Assembly (NCBI GenBank): GCA_964599645.1
Contig: CAZRGQ010000001.1
Coordinates: 11,135-75,134 of the forward strand
Direction: 5' to 3'
Source of the DNA: an uncultured Lentisphaerales bacterium
GTDB lineage: Bacteria; Verrucomicrobiota; Kiritimatiellia; RFP12; JAAYLN01
DNA length: 64,000 nt
The notes under the pieces are model-generated. The model made no database searches and was not told the origin of the DNA. It saw only the letters and a list, made by a program, of their open reading frames with translations. The stretch's first letter is position 1. Each line of letters starts with the position of its first letter. Below are positions 33,877-42,898 of this stretch, in pieces. Position numbers and translations under genes: made by a program.

Positions 33877-36058
33877 CGGCAATAGCACCGCAGAGTTTCC
33901 CTACGCCACACCAACCACGGCAGCGGCCACGATTGCAGCGGCCATTGAGGCGGCTCGTGATGGTGCCGCAGTTGCGGTGCTGCCCGGTGACTACCTGCTG
34001 GATGAGTCGCTGGAGATCGCCAAGGCGATCGAGGTCTACACCACCGCCGGCCCCGATGCCACCCGACTCTACAAGACCAAAACAGACGTCGTGATGTTGC
34101 GCCTGGGGCATCGGGAAGCTCTCTTCCACAGCTTTAATTTCGATGGCGGACGTCCCAACGTCGTCTACCTTTGGGATAACGGTGGCACCGTCAGCAACTG
34201 CTATATCCAGAACGGCTTCTACACCGCCGGCAGCGGCGTCGGGGTACGCGCCCGGGCTGGTCTGGTGACCCACTGCCGCATTAACAATAACAGTTCGGAT
34301 CGTGAAGGCAAAGGCGTCGGTGTCTATCTGGAGGGACCGGCCACAGTTGAGAACTGCCTGATCTACGCCAACCGGGGTACCCATGCCAATCTCAATGGCG
34401 GCGTCTACCTGGAAAAAGGCGCCACGATTCGCAACTGCACCATCGCCAAGAATCAGGCGCCCCACGGCGGTGGCGTCTATGCCGTGGCTGGCGCGACCAT
34501 CGAAAACTGCATTATCTACGGCAACGATGCCACCGCCCTGCACGGCGAGGGCGACCCCGACTGGTATGGCAGCGCCGCCACCTTCCGTAACAACTGTACA
34601 CCGATAGCTGTCGGCAGCGACTGCATTACCGCCGTGCCGGGCTTTATCGACTTTGCCGGTAACGACTATCGCCTCAGCCCCGCTTCACCCTGCGTTGACG
34701 CCGGAGTCGAAGTGCCCCATTTTGTGGCAGCGACCGACTTCTATGGCAACCCGCGACTGCTGGGCAGTGGCATCGATATCGGTGCCCATGAGGTGGAGAT
34801 TACCGCTGCCGGATGTGGCATCATTACCGATGTTGAGCAGGTGCTGGAGGGGACGGAGGTGGTGTTGACGGGAACAGCCTACGGCTTTGACGAGGGCGCT
34901 ACGTTGACCTACGAGTGGGACTTTGACGGCGATGGGGTGGCCGACGCCTTTGGCAGAGTGGTAACCAACAGCTTCCCGCCCGGCTACGTCACGGTGGGGC
35001 TGAGCGTCAGCGATGGCATTGCGACTGCCACCGTTGCAGAGGAGAACCTGCTGCTGGTGAGTCCGTTAAATCTCTACGTGGTGCCCGAGAACCCCAATGC
35101 CAGTCACCCCTACAGCAGTTGGGAGACGGCAGCCGATGATATCCAGGAGGCGATCGACACCGCCTTCGATGGCTCAACAGTCTGGCTCGGCAGTGGTCTG
35201 CACAGGCCGACGGCGACGGTTAACCTCGCCAAGGGGGTGGTGCTGCAGGGAACCAACACGGCTACTACGTTGATTACGCCAACGTCCGCAACCCGTATCC
35301 TCTATGTCTCGCATCCTGCGGCAGTGGTACAACGTCTGACATTGACCGGCAGCCAGAGCGGCGTCAAACTCGATCGTGCCGGCGGACGGCTGTCAGAGCT
35401 GGTGATCACCAACAACAGCTATAGTGCCGGTGGACTCTACGGTCAAGGTATCTGGATCTATGCCGGTACGGTAGAGCGCTGCATGGTAGTCGACAACCAG
35501 TTGCGCGGCCAATCTTACACGGCCGGAATTCGGATTGAGGCGCAGGTGGCACCCGAAGACCCGCCGGTATTGATCGAAAACTGCCTTGTGGCTCACAACG
35601 GCAGTTCACATGCGAGCGGCGAAACGGCCGGTATTTACGCCAGACAGGGGGTGGTGCGCAACTGCACGGTGGTGGGCAACACAACGGCTAACGGCAGCTA
35701 TGGTGCCGGGATTCATGCCGAGGCGGCGGCGACCATCGAGAACTGCATTGTGGTCGATAATCTCAACAGCGCCAAGGCCGCCCTGAACAACTGGGGCGGG
35801 ACGAGCGCCTCCTTCAGTTACACCTGCAGCGAGCCCGACCTGGGCGGCACAGGTTGCTTCAGCGCCGATCCCCTCTTTGTCGATGCAGGCAACTACCGCC
35901 TGCAGGCGGTCTCGCCGTGCGTCGATGCGGGGCTGACGCTCGAAGCGATGTACCTGCAATGCGACTTGGCAGGCAAGCCGCGTGTGCGGCAGCGAGGCGT
36001 TGATCTCGGCGCATACGAATATCTGCCACCGGCAGCGACGGTGCTACTGCTAAGGTAG
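33785..36058 (+). CDS. right-handed parallel beta-helix repeat protein with PKD-like domain, internally duplicated (~350-aa module x2)
   Basis: Module 1: VGLTVSDGSATAV...NLLYVVPAQLYVSDGNS...YRLSPASPCVDAGVE...GNPRLLGSGIDIGAHE. Module 2: YEWDFDGDGVAD...VGLSVSDGIATATV...NLLLVSPLNLYVVPENP...YRLQAVSPCVDAGLT...GKPRVRQRGVDLGAYE. GTG start, no signal peptide. Confidence 0.55.
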   Translation: MGLTVSDGSATAVTTANNLLYVVPAQLYVSDGNSTAEFPYATPTTAAATIAAAIEAARDGAAVAVLPGDYLLDESLEIAKAIEVYTTAGPDATRLYKTKTDVVMLRLGHREALFHSFNFDGGRPNVVYLWDNGGTVSNCYIQNGFYTAGSGVGVRARAGLVTHCRINNNSSDREGKGVGVYLEGPATVENCLIYANRGTHANLNGGVYLEKGATIRNCTIAKNQAPHGGGVYAVAGATIENCIIYGNDATALHGEGDPDWYGSAATFRNNCTPIAVGSDCITAVPGFIDFAGNDYRLSPASPCVDAGVEVPHFVAATDFYGNPRLLGSGIDIGAHEVEITAAGCGIITDVEQVLEGTEVVLTGTAYGFDEGATLTYEWDFDGDGVADAFGRVVTNSFPPGYVTVGLSVSDGIATATVAEENLLLVSPLNLYVVPENPNASHPYSSWETAADDIQEAIDTAFDGSTVWLGSGLHRPTATVNLAKGVVLQGTNTATTLITPTSATRILYVSHPAAVVQRLTLTGSQSGVKLDRAGGRLSELVITNNSYSAGGLYGQGIWIYAGTVERCMVVDNQLRGQSYTAGIRIEAQVAPEDPPVLIENCLVAHNGSSHASGETAGIYARQGVVRNCTVVGNTTANGSYGAGIHAEAAATIENCIVVDNLNSAKAALNNWGGTSASFSYTCSEPDLGGTGCFSADPLFVDAGNYRLQAVSPCVDAGLTLEAMYLQCDLAGKPRVRQRGVDLGAYEYLPPAATVLLLR

Positions 36059-36163
36059 GGCAGCGGATACTTGCAATCGTCAGAGTTAGCGGTTATTCTG
36101 ACACCACTAACGGCGCATTGGGTTGTCGGTTGACGGCAGCCGTGCGACGCATTGAGGGGTATT

Positions 36164-36940
36164 ATGAAGTTTGGTGTTTGTGGCTCTCCCGAGCTGGCAC
36201 CGGCGGCGGCCGCTGCCGGTTATGACTATCTGGAGTGGTCGGTGCAGACATTCCTGCAGCCGCAGGCTGATGAGGCGGCCTTTGCAGCAGCGTGGGAGCT
36301 GGTCAAGGCCGCGCCACTGCCGATACCGGTCTGCAACATGTTTCTGCCGGCCAGCTTGAAGGTCACCGGCCCTGAGGTCGATCTGGCGGCGCTTGAGGCC
36401 TATGTGGCAATCGCCTGTGAACGCGCCGGCCGCGCCGGTGTCGATACAATTGTCTTCGGTTCCGGCGGCGCTCGGGCGGTGCCCGAGGGGTTTGCCCACA
36501 GCCGTGCCACGAGTCAGATCGTTGAATTCCTGCAACGTGTCGCCCCCCTGGCGGCCGCACATGGGGTAGTCATCGTAATCGAACCGCTCCGCTATCAGGA
36601 GTGCAACATCCTCAATACTGTGGCCGAGAGCGCAGCCGTCGCCCGCCTTGTCGACCGCCCCTCTATCAAGCTGTTGGTCGATGGTTACCACTGGGCCTGC
36701 AATGGGGAGAGCGAAGAGGATCTCAGCGCGGCTGCGCCGCTCTTCCGCCACATGCATGTGGCCACCAAAGCCAACCGCATGCCGCCCGGCAGTGAGCCTT
36801 GTGAGGCTCTGCCCCGCTTTCTAAAGATGGTGGGCAGCATCGGCTATACGGGGCGTCTCTCTTACGAGGGTCGCCTGGCCGACCCGGCTGTCGAGCTGCC
36901 GCGCGCACTCGAGATGATGCGTAGCGGCACTGCCCGATAA
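36164..36940 (+). CDS. sugar phosphate isomerase/epimerase (xylose-isomerase-like TIM barrel)
   Basis: MKFGVCG...DYLEW... pattern and length fit the AP-endonuclease-2/xylose-isomerase-like TIM-barrel family. Confidence 0.55.
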   Translation: MKFGVCGSPELAPAAAAAGYDYLEWSVQTFLQPQADEAAFAAAWELVKAAPLPIPVCNMFLPASLKVTGPEVDLAALEAYVAIACERAGRAGVDTIVFGSGGARAVPEGFAHSRATSQIVEFLQRVAPLAAAHGVVIVIEPLRYQECNILNTVAESAAVARLVDRPSIKLLVDGYHWACNGESEEDLSAAAPLFRHMHVATKANRMPPGSEPCEALPRFLKMVGSIGYTGRLSYEGRLADPAVELPRALEMMRSGTAR

Positions 36941-37770
36941 TGCGCATCGATTGTCACGTACACGCCTTTGCCGAGGCTATCGTCGAGCGCGCCATGACGG
37001 CCTTGCGCGCCGAATTGCCGTCCGACCATGTCTCTGATGATGGACGCCTCGATACACTGGTGGCCCATCTCGACCGGCTTGAGTTTGACCACGCCATCGT
37101 GGCCTCCATCGCCACCAAACCGAGCCAGTTTGAGGTGATCCGGCAGTGGAGCAGCAGCATTCGTAACGGCGCGCTGGGAGCGGGGGCAGCAGAGAAGCTG
37201 ATCCCCTTCCTCTCGGTGCATCCGTCCGATCCCGCACGTTTCAAGCATATCGAAGAGACGGCCAGAGGCGGCTTCAAGGGCCTGAAGCTGCACCCCTACT
37301 ACCAGTCGTTTTCACTGGCCGATGGTGTCATCAGCGAGATGCTGCAGTGTGCCGCCGACAACAACCTCGTGGTGCTGCTGCACACCGGCTACGATATCGC
37401 CTTTGCGCGTGAGCCCGTGGCCGATCCGGCCAAGCTGCTGCGGCTGACTGAAAAATTACCCGATCTCAAGCTGATCGCCGCCCACTTCGGCGGCTGGGAC
37501 GACTGGGAGGCTGTCGCACACCACCTCATCGGTGCGCCCATCGCCCTTGATATCTCAATGGCACGCGGTTTTCTAGACCCGGAACGTATGCACGAGATGC
37601 TGTTGCGCCACTCCCCCGACCTGTTGCTTTACGGCAGCGACTGGCCCTGGAACGGCCAGGACGCAGACCTTGAGCTGCTCCACTCCTTCAACTTGCCACC
37701 AGCGCTCATGCAAGCCATTATGGGCGATAACGCCGCGCGTCTGCTGGCACTTAAACATGAGGTAGCATAA
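36940..37770 (+). CDS. amidohydrolase-2 family metal-dependent hydrolase (TIM barrel)
   Basis: MRIDCHVHAF (HxH metal-binding start), ...LHTGYD..., ...AAHFGGWDDW.... Start overlaps the upstream stop. Confidence 0.65.
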   Translation: MRIDCHVHAFAEAIVERAMTALRAELPSDHVSDDGRLDTLVAHLDRLEFDHAIVASIATKPSQFEVIRQWSSSIRNGALGAGAAEKLIPFLSVHPSDPARFKHIEETARGGFKGLKLHPYYQSFSLADGVISEMLQCAADNNLVVLLHTGYDIAFAREPVADPAKLLRLTEKLPDLKLIAAHFGGWDDWEAVAHHLIGAPIALDISMARGFLDPERMHEMLLRHSPDLLLYGSDWPWNGQDADLELLHSFNLPPALMQAIMGDNAARLLALKHEVA

Positions 37771-37771
37771 C

Positions 37772-38629
37772 GTGAATCAATCAGCCCCCCCTCCCCAGCT
37801 CCGCGATCTGCAAGAGCGCTTCCAAACTGAAGGCACGCTCTGTGATGTAGCCCCCACACTGGCGGCCCTCTGGGGCTTGCCGCCGCCGGCCGAGGCTCAG
37901 GGAACGCCACTGCCACGCGTCTTGCAGGCGGCCGGCGAGCGGCTGCCGGCCGACACACCGCTGCAACGCACCCTGATCTTCTGTCCCGATGCCGTTGGCG
38001 ACATCATCCATCAGGCCTACCCGGACTACTTTGCCAACATACAAACAGTGGCTGATATCAAGACGAGCTGCACCTCGGTAATGCCGAGTGTCACACCCGT
38101 CTGCTTCGGTTCGATCTTTACCGGCGCCATGCCGGCTGTGCATGGCATTCAGGAGTATGCCAAGCCGGTGATCAAGATCGAGACATTGCACGACGTCTTC
38201 CATAATGCCGGACTGCGCGTCGCCTCGATCGCCGTCAACAACTGCAGCATCGACAAAATCTTCCGCGACCGCAAAATCACCTACATCTCGGCCCGCAGCA
38301 ATGCCGAGGCCTTCGACTTTACCACCGCCCTGATCGAGCGTGACGCCTATGACGTGATTATCAGCTACGATGGTGGCTACGACAGCAGCATCCACAAACA
38401 TGGCTGCCGTGCCCCGGAATCGCTCGAAATGTTGCGTCTGGCTCTGCAGCGCTACGCCGACCTGGTAGCCTTGACCGACAAATATTGGCAACCCTACCAC
38501 CGTCTGGTAACCTTTACCCCCGACCACGGTTGTCACGACGTGCCCGAGACCGGCAAGGGCAAGCACGGCAGTGACAGCTTCGACGACATCGTGCTTAACC
38601 ACTACTACCGCTTCAGAGCAGGAGCATAA
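37772..38629 (+). CDS. alkaline-phosphatase-superfamily enzyme, type I phosphodiesterase / nucleotide pyrophosphatase (NPP)-like
   Basis: LIFCPDAVGD (metal Asp), MPSVTPVCFGSIFTGAMPAVHGI (Thr nucleophile TxP and TG..P..HGI motif) and TFTPDHGCHD (DHG metal motif). Only 285 aa. Confidence 0.55.
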   Translation: MNQSAPPPQLRDLQERFQTEGTLCDVAPTLAALWGLPPPAEAQGTPLPRVLQAAGERLPADTPLQRTLIFCPDAVGDIIHQAYPDYFANIQTVADIKTSCTSVMPSVTPVCFGSIFTGAMPAVHGIQEYAKPVIKIETLHDVFHNAGLRVASIAVNNCSIDKIFRDRKITYISARSNAEAFDFTTALIERDAYDVIISYDGGYDSSIHKHGCRAPESLEMLRLALQRYADLVALTDKYWQPYHRLVTFTPDHGCHDVPETGKGKHGSDSFDDIVLNHYYRFRAGA

Positions 38630-38631
38630 CC

Positions 38632-39564
38632 ATGCAATGGTACAAAGGTACACTACACTGCCACACCAACCACAGTGACGGACTCGCCAAACCGTTTCAA
38701 GTAGGCCACTTCTACCGTATACAGGGACACGACTTCCTCGGTGTCTCCGACCACAACCGCTACACTCCCACCGAGCTCTATGCCGCTTCATCCGGGCTGC
38801 TGGGTGTCCCCTGTTGCGAGTATAGCGACTATATGAGTTGTCACGTCCTCTCCATCGGTGTTACAGAGGATCTCCGCCCCGGGCCGCGTGATGGCGCAAC
38901 GAAGTATATTCCGCACGAACTGCTGCAAGAGGGGATCGACAAGACACTCGCCGCCGGTGGCCTCCCCGTCGTCTGCCATCCCCTCTGGAACTGGGCTGTC
39001 GACGCCGACGACATGTTGCAGCTTAAAAACTGCCACCACTTTGAGGTCTGCAACGCCGGCCCCAGCTGCAACGCCTTTCCCATTCCAGGTTATGAGCCGA
39101 TCGATGAGCTCTGGGACCGCCTCCTGAGCGCCGGGCATCGCTACTACGGGCTGGCCAACGACGACGCCCACGAATACTTCTATCCGCCGATCCTCCGCGC
39201 CGACATGGGTGGCATCGGCTACAACGTGGTCCGCATTCCCGAATTGACCGTGGAACACGTCATCGAAGCGATCCGACATGGACGCTTCTACGCCTCCAGC
39301 GGCATCCATCTGGCTGAATATCGCGTCACCGGCAATGGCATCACGATCAAGCTGCAGCAGCAACAGAAGGAGCGCACCGTCTTCCAATTCTTCGGCCACG
39401 GTGGCCGCGAATTGAAAAAGGTAGTCGGCCAGGAGGCCGACTACACCTTTAACGGTGACGAAAACTACGTCCGCATCCGCATTGCATCAACCGCCGGTCT
39501 CTGGGCCTGGACCCAGCCGGTATTTCTCGACGACCTGGCAGACGCCATCAACTGGACCAAGTGA
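38632..39564 (+). CDS. PHP-domain metal-dependent phosphoesterase
   Basis: GTLHCHTNHSDG is the PHP motif I (HxH...SDG), with further His/Asp residues downstream. Confidence 0.6.
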   Translation: MQWYKGTLHCHTNHSDGLAKPFQVGHFYRIQGHDFLGVSDHNRYTPTELYAASSGLLGVPCCEYSDYMSCHVLSIGVTEDLRPGPRDGATKYIPHELLQEGIDKTLAAGGLPVVCHPLWNWAVDADDMLQLKNCHHFEVCNAGPSCNAFPIPGYEPIDELWDRLLSAGHRYYGLANDDAHEYFYPPILRADMGGIGYNVVRIPELTVEHVIEAIRHGRFYASSGIHLAEYRVTGNGITIKLQQQQKERTVFQFFGHGGRELKKVVGQEADYTFNGDENYVRIRIASTAGLWAWTQPVFLDDLADAINWTK

Positions 39565-39565
39565 G

Positions 39566-41032
39566 ATGAAGAGAGAGAGCTTCCCCTTTGCCACACGTGA
39601 CAGCGAATATATCGCGCTACAGCTTGCGCCGGAGCAACTCGGGTTTGTGCCGGAGACGATGTGGAACCCCAGCCCGACCCGCACCCACCGCACCGCCCCC
39701 TGGGAGCTGCCCAAAGAGCTTACCATCAGTATCTTCGGCAATGAAGATACGAGCGCCAAGTTCTCGCCACCACCCTTTGCCGTTGTAGTGGCTGGCCAGG
39801 GCCGCAGCGCACTGGTGAGCGTGGTGGCCGAACGCGGCTGGCACCTCTTCAACGGCGTCGATTTTGCCGCCGACAGCTCCGGCGTCACGATCACGATCGA
39901 TCTCGAGGGCCAGAACCCGGCCGACGAGGTGGCAGCCCGCGTCAAGGCTACCATCACCTCCGCCACCCCCGGCGAAAGCAACCTCGCACTACTGACACGC
40001 GGTCTGGCGGCCGACTACCCGGAGGCAACACCGCCGGCCGGCGCCACCACTCCCGAGTGGTGGAGTCGCCCCATCTACTGCGGCTGGGGTGACCAGGTCT
40101 CCACCTCGATGTGGCTTGAGGGTATCGGCAACGAGATGCGTGCCAACGCCTACTGCATCCAGGGGCTCTACGAGCGTTGGATCAAGCGTCTGGAGGAGGC
40201 TGAGGTCCCCTTTGGCACCATCATCATCGACGCCGGCTGGTCGCCCCCCGGCACCATGGTGCCGCTCACGGCCCAGTGGCCCGACCTCAAGGGCTTTATC
40301 GCCCGCCAACATGCCGCCGGACGCAAAGTACTGCTCTGGATCGCCACCTGGCTTAGCGACGGCTTGCCCGCAGAGTGGTGCGTCCACGTCAATGGCACCC
40401 GCCTGATTGCCGATGCCAGCCATCCCGACTACCGCAAATTCCTGCAACAACGCGTCCGCGACCTGATCTCGCCCGACGGCCTCGATGCCGACGGCTTCAA
40501 GATCGACCAACTCGCCTTCTCCCCCTCACGCCGTCAACCGCGCGGCCGTATCTACCTCGACAAGTTTATCGATGTCGACCCGCCGGCAGAGCCGATCAAA
40601 ACGGCCGGCCCCGGCTGGGGTGTCGAACTGCTGCACCAACTGCAGCACGATATCTACAGCGCGGCCAAGGAGGTCAAGCCCGACAGCCTCATCACCAGCA
40701 GCACCGTCCACCCCTATTTTCACGACACCTTCGATATGGTGCGCCTCCACGACATGGGTTCGGTGGCCGCCGATATCTTCGCCGCCATGGGGGCGCGAGC
40801 CGACATGGCTCTTGCAGCCCTGCCCGGCAAGCTGATCGACACCGACGACTGGATTCACACCAACTACGCCCTCTGGCAGGATTACACCGCCAACAGCCGC
40901 CGTATCGGTGTGCCCTGTATCTTTTACGCTGAGCGCTTTATGCTCAACTGGCGGGCCGAACCTGCCACCAAATTGATCCCGCTTGAAGATCTGCGCACCA
41001 TCGGCAACGTCTGGCGCGCACAAAAGGGATAA
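39566..41032 (+). CDS. putative glycoside hydrolase (TIM-barrel, alpha-galactosidase/GH114-like; family not assigned)
   Basis: IIIDAGW and KVLLWIATW motifs resemble catalytic-barrel strands of clan GH-D-like enzymes. Start 2 nt after the upstream stop. Confidence 0.4.
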   Translation: MKRESFPFATRDSEYIALQLAPEQLGFVPETMWNPSPTRTHRTAPWELPKELTISIFGNEDTSAKFSPPPFAVVVAGQGRSALVSVVAERGWHLFNGVDFAADSSGVTITIDLEGQNPADEVAARVKATITSATPGESNLALLTRGLAADYPEATPPAGATTPEWWSRPIYCGWGDQVSTSMWLEGIGNEMRANAYCIQGLYERWIKRLEEAEVPFGTIIIDAGWSPPGTMVPLTAQWPDLKGFIARQHAAGRKVLLWIATWLSDGLPAEWCVHVNGTRLIADASHPDYRKFLQQRVRDLISPDGLDADGFKIDQLAFSPSRRQPRGRIYLDKFIDVDPPAEPIKTAGPGWGVELLHQLQHDIYSAAKEVKPDSLITSSTVHPYFHDTFDMVRLHDMGSVAADIFAAMGARADMALAALPGKLIDTDDWIHTNYALWQDYTANSRRIGVPCIFYAERFMLNWRAEPATKLIPLEDLRTIGNVWRAQKG

Positions 41033-41063
41033 CAACAAATCCGTAAACGACGCTGCCCTGAAG

Positions 41064-42833
41064 ATGACATACGGTGAATTACCCCACAAGGCTGGCGGAG
41101 GTGTCGGAGAGTACCAGTGGCATATCTGGTCTCTGCTGGCAGCCTCTTTTTTAATAGCTTCGCTGCTCCATCTGCCGATACCGAAGCTGCTGCCACTGAC
41201 GCCATGGCGCATAGTGCTTCTCGTGCTGTTGGCTGTCGCGCTCTTGCGGCCTAAAACAGTGCTGCCGCTCAGACAGCGATTCGAACAGCTCTACAAAACA
41301 GCATTCCGCAGATATCTGCTTATATTGTTCATCTGCGGTACACTCTTCTACGTCTTGCTTGCCTGGCTGATCTTCGACGGTTTACCGGTGCTCGATGATG
41401 ACGCCTCGGCCTTGATACAGGCACGCATCTTCGCCAGCGGCCGCATCCTGCTGCCACTCCCGCCACAACCGCAATTTTTCTGGATTCACTGTTTCCTGAG
41501 CGCCTATCAAGGGCTCAACTACATGTGCAGCATGTATCCGGTGGGCCATCCCTTGCTGCTGTTGCCGGGGGTGCTCCTGCATGTACCGTGGCTGACCATA
41601 CCGCTGTTTGGCGGCCTGCTGGTAGTGTTGACGGCCGTTACCGGCCAGGCGCTCTTTGGAGAGCGTGTAGGCCGGCTGGCCGGCCTGCTGGCTCTCTGCA
41701 GCCCCTTTGTGGCAGAGCTTTCGGCGACCCACCTCAATAACGTACCGACGGCGACCCTGCTGCTGTTCACTCTCTGGCAGGTAGTGCTCCTGATCCGGCG
41801 CGGCAAGGTGCGGCACAGTTGGCTGGCAGGTGCCGCTTTAGGGCTGGCGCTGTTAACCCGCCCGGCCACAGCGGCTGTGATGGGCGCGATCATCGCCCTG
41901 GGGCCATTGTGGTATTGGCGACGCATGCTCCGTTTTTGGAAACTGCTGATTCCGGCGGTATTGCCGGTATTGTTGGCGATGGTGCTCTACTTTGCCTATA
42001 CCCAGCACATTACCGGCGACTGGCGTCTGCCCGGCCATACCCTCGGCTTGGGACTTCGGGGAAAAATGGGGTTTATCAGATTCAATGAACTACGGGCTCA
42101 CACCTTGGCTGGTGGTTGGCACATAACCCTGTTGCGGCTTGGTGCCATTAATGCAAAACTGCTTGGATGGCCACTGCCAGCCCTCTTTGCACCTCTGACA
42201 GCAGTTTTTTTGCGTCGGGCTGACCGCCGCGATCTCTGGCTGCTCTTAATGCCTCTGGGCCTGTTGGCCACCTACCTATTCTTCTGGTACTATGAAGAGG
42301 AGTTTCCGGCTCGTTATATCTTCAGTAGTATGCCAATGTTGCTGATACTGTCGGCACGTGGTCTCCTCCTGCTGGCAGAGCGCCTGCACCTGCACCCCCG
42401 AAAACTGCTGGCCCCGCTCATGCTCTGCAATCTCCTGCTCTTTTTGCCAGCCCACCTCTCCTCCTTCAAAGGCAGCCATTGGGACGTCGAAAACCTGTTG
42501 CACCGCACAATTAAAATTTCAGGCATCAGCAATGCCATTGTCTATATCGATGCTTTCCGTTGCCTTGATGGACGATCTGATGACGAGAACGACTTCTTTG
42601 CCACCGGCTTCATACGTAACAATCTCGACTTCAATGGCGACATCATCTACGCCCGCAACCTGCGTCAAGACAACCACCTGCTGGCGGCAGAATACCCCGA
42701 CCGGTCATACTATCTATACCGGTATGATCGCCAACGCCACAAGGCTCTCCTCTATCGCCTTGAGTTTGATGGTGAAGAGCAACATGTGACCCACCTGCAT
42801 CTGCCCGCAAAGTTTATCATCAACCCCGACTAG
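41064..42833 (+). CDS. polytopic membrane protein, putative GT-C glycosyltransferase (ArnT/PMT family 39-like)
   Basis: At least 11 hydrophobic helices with a large loop after TM1 and a C-terminal soluble domain. Resembles ArnT/PMT-type transferases but there is no decisive motif. Confidence 0.4.
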   Translation: MTYGELPHKAGGGVGEYQWHIWSLLAASFLIASLLHLPIPKLLPLTPWRIVLLVLLAVALLRPKTVLPLRQRFEQLYKTAFRRYLLILFICGTLFYVLLAWLIFDGLPVLDDDASALIQARIFASGRILLPLPPQPQFFWIHCFLSAYQGLNYMCSMYPVGHPLLLLPGVLLHVPWLTIPLFGGLLVVLTAVTGQALFGERVGRLAGLLALCSPFVAELSATHLNNVPTATLLLFTLWQVVLLIRRGKVRHSWLAGAALGLALLTRPATAAVMGAIIALGPLWYWRRMLRFWKLLIPAVLPVLLAMVLYFAYTQHITGDWRLPGHTLGLGLRGKMGFIRFNELRAHTLAGGWHITLLRLGAINAKLLGWPLPALFAPLTAVFLRRADRRDLWLLLMPLGLLATYLFFWYYEEEFPARYIFSSMPMLLILSARGLLLLAERLHLHPRKLLAPLMLCNLLLFLPAHLSSFKGSHWDVENLLHRTIKISGISNAIVYIDAFRCLDGRSDDENDFFATGFIRNNLDFNGDIIYARNLRQDNHLLAAEYPDRSYYLYRYDRQRHKALLYRLEFDGEEQHVTHLHLPAKFIINPD

Positions 42834-42898
42834 CATAAGCTGGTCGCACTTTACCCCCCCGGCTGCATACGTGCCGCGCAACAACGGGAGTTCTGCCT

